Positions 26,398-34,414 of a stretch of 35,280 nucleotides of DNA are shown piece by piece. Both the position numbers and the translations under genes were made by a program. The notes beneath the pieces were generated by a model. The model was given only the letters and a program-made list of their open reading frames with translations. It did not search any database and was not told the DNA's origin. Source of the DNA: a virus (Duplodnaviria > Caudoviricetes); IMG/VR virus record IMGVR_UViG_3300025018_000335, positions 1 through 35,280 of that record, one strand, 5' to 3'. Positions within the stretch are counted from its first letter, which is position 1. Each line of letters opens with the position of its first letter.

Positions 26398-27250
26398 CGG
26401 TTCTTCCTATTAGTACCCAGTCTGGGTGTATTTTTAATGTGTCGTCTACGCTACGAACGGGTATGTCTATTATTTGTCCATCGGTCTTTTGTATAAATGC
26501 AAACACTTCTTTTTGTGTCTTTATCCTGTCTTTCTTTGGTTTTTGTGCAGTGTCTTCTACGAATTTCTGTACTTCTATTCTTATTTTATCTAAGTCTAAC
26601 TTATCTTCTTTAATCTCTGCTGCGAGATCATCATAGTATGTCTTTGCAATAAACTGTGCTTTGGGGTCATACTTTGCATATCTCTCAACCTTCTTTTGTC
26701 TGTCTTTCTTTTCCTTAAGTCCATAGTGGAGTACAAAGTAGGGAGAGTAATATCCATAGTGCCATACCCATTCAGGTGCTAGTCCACAATGTAAAGCCTT
26801 TTGTGGAAAATCTAACCCCTTTTCTGGCTTAAACCTCCATGCTCGTATATTCCAAAAACTATGTGCAACTGAATATCCATCCCCCCATAAATCTACGATG
26901 TAGAAATAAAAAGCATCAAACGGACTCTTGCTTAACTCCTCAATATCTTGTCGTGTCATATTAGGGTCAAATACCTCATCCATATCAAGACATACACACA
27001 TATCAGGATTCAGTTTTGCTATATGATTTTTTACAAGGTCTTGTTTTATCTTCCACTGTGTCTTACCCCACTCTCTATTATCTTCAACTAACTTAAAACC
27101 GTACTTGTTTATTAGGTTGCGTTCTTTGTCTGTGATGTTGTTACCACATATAACAGTTTCGTCACATAGACGCTTAAACTCTTTTAATGTGGCTTCCATA
27201 TATCTGTCTGCTTCACCACCACCACAAATACCGTAACCTACTACTCTCAT
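26375..27250 (-). CDS. GT2-like glycosyltransferase with C-terminal extension
   Basis: CLDMDE (DxD), LHCG, VLHYG; start MRVVGY at 27250 gives an ATGA overlap. Confidence 0.8.
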   Translation of the reverse strand: MRVVGYGICGGGEADRYMEATLKEFKRLCDETVICGNNITDKERNLINKYGFKLVEDNREWGKTQWKIKQDLVKNHIAKLNPDMCVCLDMDEVFDPNMTRQDIEELSKSPFDAFYFYIVDLWGDGYSVAHSFWNIRAWRFKPEKGLDFPQKALHCGLAPEWVWHYGYYSPYFVLHYGLKEKKDRQKKVERYAKYDPKAQFIAKTYYDDLAAEIKEDKLDLDKIRIEVQKFVEDTAQKPKKDRIKTQKEVFAFIQKTDGQIIDIPVRSVDDTLKIHPDWVLIGRTDDIESLI

Positions 27251-27462
27251 AGTGACTTTAGATATTTTAGCCAATCCTCTGTCGTTTCTTTCACCTTAGT
27301 CTGTTGGTCAATCTGTACTTGATAGTTTTTGTATGCATCTCCACCTTCTTCTAGTGTAGCCTTTATACCTTCCATGTGTCCTAAAACAAGGTCAAGCCCT
27401 ATCAGCTTCTCCTCTGCACCGTCTATGTTAATTTGTATTATCTCCTTTTTTGTTTTTGCCAT
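27247..27462 (-). CDS. Hypothetical protein
   Basis: ORF track; coupled to neighbours. Confidence 0.7.
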   Translation of the reverse strand: MAKTKKEIIQINIDGAEEKLIGLDLVLGHMEGIKATLEEGGDAYKNYQVQIDQQTKVKETTEDWLKYLKSL

Positions 27463-27808
27463 GTTTCTTATGTATTTTCTTAATATATGCTTGTAAATCT
27501 TTGTCGTCTTTGGGGTGTGGTATCCGACCTAACTTTATTGCCTTCTCTACCTCATTTTTCATCCATTCGTCTATCTCTTTCTCTGCTGTTCTGTTTACCA
27601 CTTGTGTCTTTTTGTCTATTGCACCTACATCTTTGATATGTCGGAGTCTTTCTTTGAGTGCCTCGTCTACTTCTTCGTCTTTGAGTGCCTTGTTTACCAC
27701 CTTTCTTATTGTGGGGTACTCATATCTCTCTTTCATGAGCCTGTCCATCAACTCTTTTGGTATATTTTCACTTATTCTTTTTAATTCTTTTGAAGTTTTG
27801 GTGTTCAT
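27428..27808 (-). CDS. Hypothetical basic protein
   Basis: ORF track. Confidence 0.7.
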   Translation of the reverse strand: MNTKTSKELKRISENIPKELMDRLMKERYEYPTIRKVVNKALKDEEVDEALKERLRHIKDVGAIDKKTQVVNRTAEKEIDEWMKNEVEKAIKLGRIPHPKDDKDLQAYIKKIHKKHGKNKKGDNTN

Positions 27809-28344
27809 AATCCCATTTGTTGCATTATCTTTTTGCGGTCTTGTCCTTGTGGTGTGATAACCGCCTTGTTTCTTGGCATTTTTATATTACCACGAGCGAC
27901 CTTAAGTTCTGCTTGAAAAGCGTCGTCTACTATAGACTTCTTACCTTGTTTCATTTTCACTTCTAGGGGCTCAAGTTCACTCTCTATCTTTTGTATCTTT
28001 TCTCTTACTCTTATCAGTTTCTCGTCTGTGTCATCTAGTACCTCTTCAAAGACAAATCTTTCTTCTGTTGCTCTGTATTTGTTAAGTGTTTTGGTAAGTT
28101 CGTCAAACCTTTCTTTTAACTCTGCGACCTTTTTTGTACTATTCTTTACCTTTGAATGAAATACTGTTCCGTCTGATACTCCAATAATCTTGAAGTCCCT
28201 TCTTCTCCAACTGGTGGGGTTATGTATTATCTCAAAGGCATCTTCCTCATTGGTGGCGAAGATAAAACCATCTCCTGTGCGCTCAATAAACCATGTTTCC
28301 ACAGGTCTAGTGTCGTCTATATTTTCTTGTATTGGTTTTGTCAT
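27805..28344 (-). CDS. Hypothetical coiled-coil protein
   Basis: ORF track; directly downstream of the capsid gene. Confidence 0.75.
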   Translation of the reverse strand: MTKPIQENIDDTRPVETWFIERTGDGFIFATNEEDAFEIIHNPTSWRRRDFKIIGVSDGTVFHSKVKNSTKKVAELKERFDELTKTLNKYRATEERFVFEEVLDDTDEKLIRVREKIQKIESELEPLEVKMKQGKKSIVDDAFQAELKVARGNIKMPRNKAVITPQGQDRKKIMQQMGL

Positions 28345-28359
28345 ATTATTCTGCTCTAT

Positions 28360-28400
28360 TACCCCTTGTGTTCCTCATAGAGCTGTGGACACAAGGGATA
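28360..28400 (-). other. Long hairpin after the capsid gene, without U-tract (mRNA stabiliser or processing site)
   Basis: TATCCCTTGTGTCC...GGAACACAAGGGGTA. Confidence 0.6.
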
Positions 28401-28406
28401 GATTAA

Positions 28407-29270
28407 CTATGAAGTTACCGCTGTAGTATTTGCGTTGATCAACACTGCTGCTGGTTCACGAAGAACTGCAACACCGTAGATAACATCTGCTACTGCTAAT
28501 GTTCCAAGATTAGTCAAAAGGTAATCTGACTGCACTCGTACCATTCCTGCTCCCATAGTTTGGAAAGCAACACCGAACGCTGACTTGTGAAGCAAGAGGT
28601 TTCGATATGTTTGTAGACCTGATACAACTCTTGAAGAGGTGAATACAGGAATATCATATAGAGATCCCTTGAAGTTTCGTGTCAAACCAGTCTTACCAAA
28701 GTTTCCTGTGGCAATGTGGTTTAGATTAGAAATCTGTTGTTCGTAGTATTTTGCAATACCTGACAACTGCTTCCAATAAACTGTTGGGTGGAAGAAGAAT
28801 GCACACTCGTCGAGTTCATAATTTGAAGAGTCCAAAGCTGAAATAGCTGAGCGGATTTCAAAATCTGAAAGAACGGTTACTGTATCTCCCACTGAGTTTG
28901 TTGAAATAGATGACCATAGACCGAAGAGTGAGTCTTCTACTGCTTGTAGAAGAAGTCCTCGAGCCTCACGAGCATACTTCTCATTTAGCTGGTACTTACT
29001 TGCCAATTGGCGCATATCTTTATCACCAATTATCCATGCAACATACTTGTGTAGGTTGATTGCTAATGTGGTGTCTACTTGTGCAACTGACTCATCTACA
29101 ACCGCATTACCCTGTGTAGACTGTGTCTGCACTGAGAATGTGTTTGTATAGATGTCTGGTACATGAAGTGTATCCGCACCGTCTGTAGCGAAAGGTGATA
29201 GGTCAGTAACCCAATTAAGGATTGTGACATTATCGAACTTAGGCTCGTTTACGATGGGTGTCCAAACTTC
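28407..29270 (-). CDS. Major capsid protein, exon 2
   Basis: EVWTPIV...GADTLHVP...GSLYDIPVFTS...LLHKSAFG...ADVIYGVAVLR, HK97-fold capsid pattern. Confidence 0.85.
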   Translation of the reverse strand, partial: EVWTPIVNEPKFDNVTILNWVTDLSPFATDGADTLHVPDIYTNTFSVQTQSTQGNAVVDESVAQVDTTLAINLHKYVAWIIGDKDMRQLASKYQLNEKYAREARGLLLQAVEDSLFGLWSSISTNSVGDTVTVLSDFEIRSAISALDSSNYELDECAFFFHPTVYWKQLSGIAKYYEQQISNLNHIATGNFGKTGLTRNFKGSLYDIPVFTSSRVVSGLQTYRNLLLHKSAFGVAFQTMGAGMVRVQSDYLLTNLGTLAVADVIYGVAVLREPAAVLINANTTAVTS

Positions 29271-29873
29271 CGTTATGTAATCTCTTGTTACCAAGAGTGT
29301 CGGACTGTCGCTTCACCCGTTATATAGGTGTTGGTTCGCTCAGTCTCTCACGGTGCAATATGTCTCTGTGATTTAGTTCTCGGATTTTTGTATAAAGTTC
29401 TTCACGCTTCTCATTTGTGTGATGTTTCAACGGCAATCCTTTATTAACCGTCTTAATGAACTCTAACAAAATGGTAGCTTGTTCTTGTTTAATGCGTAGA
29501 AAAGGTTTGATGGCTCTAATAAACTTTTCTAGTTGATAGACACTTTTCAGTGACCAACAATAAGATGTTTTACTATTACCCTTACCTAATCGCATTTCAA
29601 AACTACCCCCGTAACTGTCATATAACCACTGTATGATTGCTTTGTCGGTATTTGCAATCTTGATGACTGGTTTGAAATAGTGGGCATTTGCACTACTCCA
29701 GTCTTTTTTTTCACCCTTCTTTATTTTTAAGATTCCGAGATAGCCTTCGCCATCTACGAACCCTGCTAAATAAGGTGCAGTGGTTTTTGACATCAGCGAC
29801 ATACGCTTCCGCCCTGTTGCCCCATTTGGGGTTCCAAGTCAATTAGAACCAATTTTAGATACCCAAAGTTTCT
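29271..29873 (-). mobile_element. Group I intron (603 nt) in the major capsid gene
   Basis: P1 GAUACCU/GGGUAUC with U-G at the 5' splice site; terminal G; P10 AAACUU/AAGUUU; P3 UUGGUUC/GAACCAA; P7 GACUG/CAGUC; P9 CUCUUG-GUAA-CAAGAG; splicing restores the frame (MIP-EVW). Confidence 0.92.
29320..29802 (-). CDS. Intron-encoded single-motif LAGLIDADG homing endonuclease
   Basis: YLAGFVDGEGY; IKPFLRIKQEQA. Confidence 0.92.
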   Translation of the reverse strand: MSLMSKTTAPYLAGFVDGEGYLGILKIKKGEKKDWSSANAHYFKPVIKIANTDKAIIQWLYDSYGGSFEMRLGKGNSKTSYCWSLKSVYQLEKFIRAIKPFLRIKQEQATILLEFIKTVNKGLPLKHHTNEKREELYTKIRELNHRDILHRERLSEPTPI

Positions 29874-29933
29874 AGGTATCATTGCTGCCAAGTCTGATGC
29901 TGTATATGCGTCTGTGGGACTTGAAAATGCCAT
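29874..29933 (-). CDS. Major capsid protein, exon 1 (20 aa)
   Basis: MAFSSPTDAYTASDLAAMIP; starts 12 nt after the scaffold stop. Confidence 0.88.
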
Positions 29934-29945
29934 ATTGTGAATGTA

Positions 29946-30485
29946 CTATTTTCGTCTAGATAGGGCTTCGTCGCGGGCTGCCTCAAAGGCTGCCTGCTTC
30001 TCATTAGGTGTGGTGTCATCACTTGAAAGCGTTTCCGCAAACTTAGTGGACCTCACTACTCCTGCTCTACCTGACGGAGAGGGACTAGATTGTTTCTTCT
30101 GGTTCGACCTAAACGACGCAAGCGTGTCTTTCCAGACTGATGTTCTGGCGAACTTAACAGGGTCTACTCCCAGCTCTTGTGCTTTTAATTCCAAAGTCTC
30201 AAGCTCTTCCGAGTTCAATTCTTTGGTTACGATAGCAATTTCTTTCACTGTCTGAAAATGTGATTGCTCTACATGTTCTTTTTTTGTTTCAGGTTTTGTC
30301 TCCTGAGTTGGAATATTCTGAGAAGAATCCAACTTCTTCTTTAACCTTCCAGAAATAGCCTTGTACTTTTTGGCTTCCGCCTCCCAGTCTCGGTCTTCTT
30401 CTGATGTGTCATCGTCTTCATTGAAGTCGATGTCCTCGTCTTGTTGCTCCTGTTCGAGGTCAGGGTTTTGTTCATCTTTTTCCAT
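29946..30485 (-). CDS. Capsid scaffolding protein
   Basis: Acidic N-terminus, coiled coil, PSPSG, directly upstream of the capsid gene. Confidence 0.75.
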   Translation of the reverse strand: MEKDEQNPDLEQEQQDEDIDFNEDDDTSEEDRDWEAEAKKYKAISGRLKKKLDSSQNIPTQETKPETKKEHVEQSHFQTVKEIAIVTKELNSEELETLELKAQELGVDPVKFARTSVWKDTLASFRSNQKKQSSPSPSGRAGVVRSTKFAETLSSDDTTPNEKQAAFEAARDEALSRRK

Positions 30486-30565
30486 AGAGGATGTAACTAG
30501 AGCCGAATCGCTCGGCAGGGTTAATAAAGCGGTTTTTACCGTGGTTTACCGATGCCCACGAAAGA

Positions 30566-30793
30566 CTACTCGTAAGAGTCCATTGCTTGTTCTTGCTCTG
30601 GTTTCTGTAGTCTTTTAATAGTGTTTATTTTGTCTTCTAGCCAGTAAAGATGCATTTTGTATGCTTTCACATTAGCTATATCATCATCTGGTATTTGGTC
30701 AGGGCTCTGTAATGCATTCAGGTCATGCTCATACCATTTAATGAGGTCGTCTCCATTTGTTAATGCTATTTTTCTTCGTTGTTCTGTATTCAT
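30566..30793 (-). CDS. Small head-module hypothetical protein
   Basis: ORF track; first gene of the head operon. Confidence 0.7.
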   Translation of the reverse strand: MNTEQRRKIALTNGDDLIKWYEHDLNALQSPDQIPDDDIANVKAYKMHLYWLEDKINTIKRLQKPEQEQAMDSYE

Positions 30794-30797
30794 AAAT

Positions 30798-30856
30798 AAA
30801 AAGCACGCTTTGTGTGGCGTGCCCCAGTATTGCTGTGAGCTATTAAATATATTATA
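30798..30856 (-). promoter_or_regulatory. Promoter plus leader attenuator (bulged hairpin overlapping a terminator), copy 2
   Basis: TGGTATAAT; GCTC-A-CAG-CAATA-CTG-GGGC; GCACGC...GCGTGC-T5. Confidence 0.75.
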
Positions 30857-30866
30857 CCATACTTTC

Positions 30867-31019
30867 CTATTCTATGTCTAGGAATTTCTTATCTAAGTTT
30901 ATCTTTTCTCTTTTCCATATAGCATATTGCACATCAGATATCTTAGAAATCTCTAACTTATCATGCTGTGCCATGTTTCTAAGTAACAGTAAGATTTTTC
31001 TTTCGTGCTCATTCAGCAT
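30867..31019 (-). CDS. 50-aa hypothetical protein
   Basis: Read manually: MLNEHERKILLLLRNMAQHDKLEISKISDVQYAIWKREKINLDKKFLDIE. Confidence 0.6.
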   Translation of the reverse strand: MLNEHERKILLLLRNMAQHDKLEISKISDVQYAIWKREKINLDKKFLDIE

Positions 31020-32301
31020 CACCTAAATCATTATGTATATTCTCTCGAATACTCAATAGTCTTTTAACAGGATCATTAGTCTCCTTGCTTATCATTCTTG
31101 CTGGTAAATCCCACACTGCTAGAGCAAGTGACATAATCCTGTCGTCATGGACTCCTTCTGGTACTTGTACATTTATTCTACCACGCTCTGTCATTGTGTA
31201 CTGCATAGAGCGTAATTCATCAAGTAACCCTTCGTCATCTGCTGGTAAATATATCTGATTTTCGTTTATAAGTATTCGTAAGTTGTTCAATAGATCCATT
31301 CTAGATTTACTGGTGAACTTAAAAGACTCTATGTTTATACCCCTTGATAATAGGTCGTCATAAATAGGGTCGCCAAGACCTGTAGAATCAAGCCATACAA
31401 GCCCCTTATTGTATCTGTGGTAAAAAGCCTCAATCATTGACTTCTGCATTTGCCAATCTATCTGATTAAACCTTTCTTGTTGATACACCTGTCTCGTGTG
31501 CAGATTTATTGCTGTGAGTACGGTAAAGTCCTGATATTTTGCAAGGTCTACCCCTAGTCTAAACTTATGCCATGGTTCAATCTTATTATCGGGAAGATAC
31601 AAACACCTTTCTAGTCCAATAAAGAACTGACTAGCGCCTTCTACGAACTTACAGAAGTATTCTTGTTCAAATAAGTCTTTAGGCATTTGGGACTTCTCTT
31701 GCTCTAGTACCTTTACATCTATTGCTTTTGTGTCTTCTACAGTAAGCACTTGTGTAAAGCCACCAGCGTCTCTTACTTGCTGTAGTATCTTGTGCCCATG
31801 ATTCATACCTCTTGGAGTGAATACAAAGACCGCCCAGCCCCCATTTTCAGCCAATATAGGGCGTATTAAATCCCATGCTTTAGGGTTTTGTAGTGAATAC
31901 TCTGTGAATACACACCCTACAGGGTTAGTACCAACAATGCTATCTACCCTATCTGTACCGATTACCTGAATGATTGATCCATTTACTAATTCAATCTTTA
32001 ATTCAGTATCATTTTTCTTCGATAGTAGTTGTTTTGGAATATGGTCTATAAAAGATAATCCTGTTCTAGCGTCTATTCCATCCCATATAATCTTTTTACC
32101 CTGTGTATATGTTGGTGCAAAGTAATAATAAAGACCTTTGTTTTCAACAGCTTCTCTTACTATGTAATTCCATGAGGTTCTATCTTTGCCACTTCTTCTG
32201 TGCCATATAAGCACCGCTCTTTTAATACCAGAGTCCATTGCTTTCCAAAAAGGAAGTTGATAATCTCTTGGTTTATAGTTATGAGGTACTGTCGTCTCCA
32301 T
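31009..32301 (-). CDS. terL: Terminase large subunit
   Basis: PRDYQ, Walker A HRRSGKD, APTYTQ, FTPRG, nuclease LGVDLA...D, HDD. Confidence 0.95.
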   Translation of the reverse strand: METTVPHNYKPRDYQLPFWKAMDSGIKRAVLIWHRRSGKDRTSWNYIVREAVENKGLYYYFAPTYTQGKKIIWDGIDARTGLSFIDHIPKQLLSKKNDTELKIELVNGSIIQVIGTDRVDSIVGTNPVGCVFTEYSLQNPKAWDLIRPILAENGGWAVFVFTPRGMNHGHKILQQVRDAGGFTQVLTVEDTKAIDVKVLEQEKSQMPKDLFEQEYFCKFVEGASQFFIGLERCLYLPDNKIEPWHKFRLGVDLAKYQDFTVLTAINLHTRQVYQQERFNQIDWQMQKSMIEAFYHRYNKGLVWLDSTGLGDPIYDDLLSRGINIESFKFTSKSRMDLLNNLRILINENQIYLPADDEGLLDELRSMQYTMTERGRINVQVPEGVHDDRIMSLALAVWDLPARMISKETNDPVKRLLSIRENIHNDLGDAE

Positions 32302-32578
32302 ACTTTACTACTTTGATAGTTACATCTCCTGAGAGTTCGTTTTTTTGTGTTGGCATACCGTCTAGGTAATTCCATATTAGTCTTTGTATAGAAGAGTCTC
32401 CATCTACGATGGCTTTCTTTAGTATGGATTTTATAAATGCTTCTTCGTATGTATAATCCTCGCCTTCTGCAATCTTCTCTAAAGCCTCTCTCACTTTAGT
32501 TGTGAAGTTCTTGGATCCTTGTGGTCTCCCCTCTCGATTTATTCTCGGGTCATCTTTTGTAAATGGTGTTCCTCGCAT
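32279..32578 (-). CDS. terS: Terminase small subunit (DUF5681-like)
   Basis: PFTKDDPRINREGRPQGSKN...YLDGMP; immediately upstream of TerL. Confidence 0.8.
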   Translation of the reverse strand: MRGTPFTKDDPRINREGRPQGSKNFTTKVREALEKIAEGEDYTYEEAFIKSILKKAIVDGDSSIQRLIWNYLDGMPTQKNELSGDVTIKVVKYGDDSTS

Positions 32579-32583
32579 AGTGT

Positions 32584-32787
32584 TTATTTGCTGTTATCAC
32601 TGATTTTCCCCACCATATCCACAGTATGTACATAAATATCTGTACCACAAGGCAAAGTCCCTCGATAATCGGGGTCTGGTAATTCATTATGTTTTACTAA
32701 GCCTGATAGATACTTCCAATAAACACCCTTATCTATGTAAACCTTATCGGTGGTGTTTGTCTTTGGGGTTTCTACATAATCCGTCAT
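32584..32787 (-). CDS. Hypothetical protein, leaderless (start MTDYVE)
   Basis: TGGTATAAT 6 nt before ATG 32787. Confidence 0.6.
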   Translation of the reverse strand: MTDYVETPKTNTTDKVYIDKGVYWKYLSGLVKHNELPDPDYRGTLPCGTDIYVHTVDMVGKISDNSK

Positions 32788-32817
32788 GTATGTATTATAC
32801 CACAAAATGAAAGAAAA

Positions 32818-33225
32818 TCAAAGCCCCTCACTACAAAACTGACAATATCCTAACTTTCCATTACCTGCAGACTTACTTCTTAAACTTATGTTACACGATA
32901 AACACCTTTCGTGTTGTCTTTTTAGTTTGTTTTTTATCTTGAGTGGCATTTTTCTTTGTTTCACAAGTCTTGTTTCTATTTCTTGGTCTGTAAACAATAA
33001 TCTACAATCTTTACAGGCTCTATTCTTTCTTCTTGCCTTAAGTTCATAGTCATTGCCACACATAGGACACTCTACTACTTCTACATTATGAATATCTTTT
33101 ATAATTCTTGCCTGTTGTATCTCTAAACCTGACATATATGCTGACTCTGCAACATCATAGACTTGATTGTATAGTAGAAATTGTTGTCTTTTATAGGTTT
33201 GAGAGTTTGTCATTATATTCGTCAA
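32818..33225 (-). CDS. Basic protein with four CxxC motifs (putative Zn-binding regulator)
   Basis: CPMC, CKDC, CLSC, CQFC. Confidence 0.65.
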   Translation of the reverse strand: MTNIMTNSQTYKRQQFLLYNQVYDVAESAYMSGLEIQQARIIKDIHNVEVVECPMCGNDYELKARRKNRACKDCRLLFTDQEIETRLVKQRKMPLKIKNKLKRQHERCLSCNISLRSKSAGNGKLGYCQFCSEGL

Positions 33226-33580
33226 TTTTGTTTAGATAGTCTTCTTTTGTCCATTTTTCTGGAGATTCTTTGTGGATTTTATACAATTTTTCGTGCATTT
33301 CTTCTCCCAAATTCTCCCTATACACATGACGATTCCCCTCAAGGCGATGATTACAGTTTGTACATTGTGCATGACAGTTGTCTTCGTTAAAATATAGCTG
33401 TAAATTACACGCTCCTCTTGGTATGTAGTGTCCATTGTCAATGTTTGTCCTGTCTCCACTTCTACCACAGGTGAAGCAGGTGAAATCGTCTCTTGTTCTG
33501 ATATAGAGTGAGAAAACCTTATCAAATTCTTTCTTACACTTTCTTAGGTCCCATTTTTTGAGTTTATTTTCTCTTTTCAT
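33191..33580 (-). CDS. ninG: NinG/Rap-like HNH recombination endonuclease
   Basis: FSLYIRTRD...CFTCG...DNGHYI.RG...FNEDNCHAQCTNCN. Confidence 0.88.
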   Translation of the reverse strand: MKRENKLKKWDLRKCKKEFDKVFSLYIRTRDDFTCFTCGRSGDRTNIDNGHYIPRGACNLQLYFNEDNCHAQCTNCNHRLEGNRHVYRENLGEEMHEKLYKIHKESPEKWTKEDYLNKIDEYNDKLSNL

Positions 33581-33610
33581 TCATATATTATATCATATCA
33601 AGATTCTGCA

Positions 33611-34039
33611 TTAAATCATTTCTGCTTTGTCTTTGTCTATTTTGTATTGGTTAGGATCAGGAACATTTAATCCATTCTCTTCAAAGTATCTAACAGCCCT
33701 CTCTATGGCTTTGCTCATAGTCTCGTGGTTTGCACTCGACAGAGAAAGACCGACTCTATATGCCTTGTCTTTTGTCGTGATGAAGCGGTAATTAAACTCC
33801 TCCTTCATTATGGCGTGAGATTCTTCCATCGAAAGCCCATGATAATGTGCGAACTCAGGGACTAATGCCCCATGCCAATAACCGAGTTGTGCTTTTGATT
33901 TACTTCCTTTGTATTGCTCTGCTTTTATCCTTATTTGCTTTCCTTTCTTATCAAGAAGCCAGTCATGCCAAATCGCTTTTTGATTCGGTGACCATATTAG
34001 TTTTCCTTCACTGTCTACTTGTAAGATAAATGTTCGCAT
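33611..34039 (-). CDS. NinB-like protein
   Basis: KSKAQLGYWHG...H..MK..F...S...M...IE. Confidence 0.7.
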   Translation of the reverse strand: MRTFILQVDSEGKLIWSPNQKAIWHDWLLDKKGKQIRIKAEQYKGSKSKAQLGYWHGALVPEFAHYHGLSMEESHAIMKEEFNYRFITTKDKAYRVGLSLSSANHETMSKAIERAVRYFEENGLNVPDPNQYKIDKDKAEMI

Positions 34040-34054
34040 AAAGGTAGGATAATT

Positions 34055-34414
34055 TTAGAGTGCGTTGAACTCGTCTTGTGCGGAGTAAAGTTCTCCTTCT
34101 CCAAAAGGAACATCTCCAGTTATATCCACGGGGCTGTTTGCCTGATTGGCTTTTGTGTATGTGTTTAGTTTGGTGTAGAGTTTACCGTTCTTGCTTACTA
34201 ATAAGTCCATGTTTACCCACCCATTGTTACTGTGCTTTCGTAGGAATTGTATAAACTCATCTACTTTTACTGACATACTTCCTTTAACAAACTGTGGTGC
34301 TCCCTCTCGTGGTTTCTTGAAGATAAATCCATCGGGGAATATTGTTTCGTTTTCCATATTATATTTCAAAATCGTTATCGTTTGTAATTTCTTCTTTTTG
34401 CTCTGCATTATCAT
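34055..34414 (-). CDS. Putative ssDNA-binding protein (likely start MENETIF)
   Basis: Follows the annealase; acidic C-tail with DVPF. Confidence 0.55.
   Translation of the reverse strand: MIMQSKKKKLQTITILKYNMENETIFPDGFIFKKPREGAPQFVKGSMSVKVDEFIQFLRKHSNNGWVNMDLLVSKNGKLYTKLNTYTKANQANSPVDITGDVPFGEGELYSAQDEFNAL

Noticed and set aside
29271-29294. ORF-track capsid start MVTRDYIT
   Set aside because: Lies inside the intron 3' end (P9 region); the real N-terminus is exon 1
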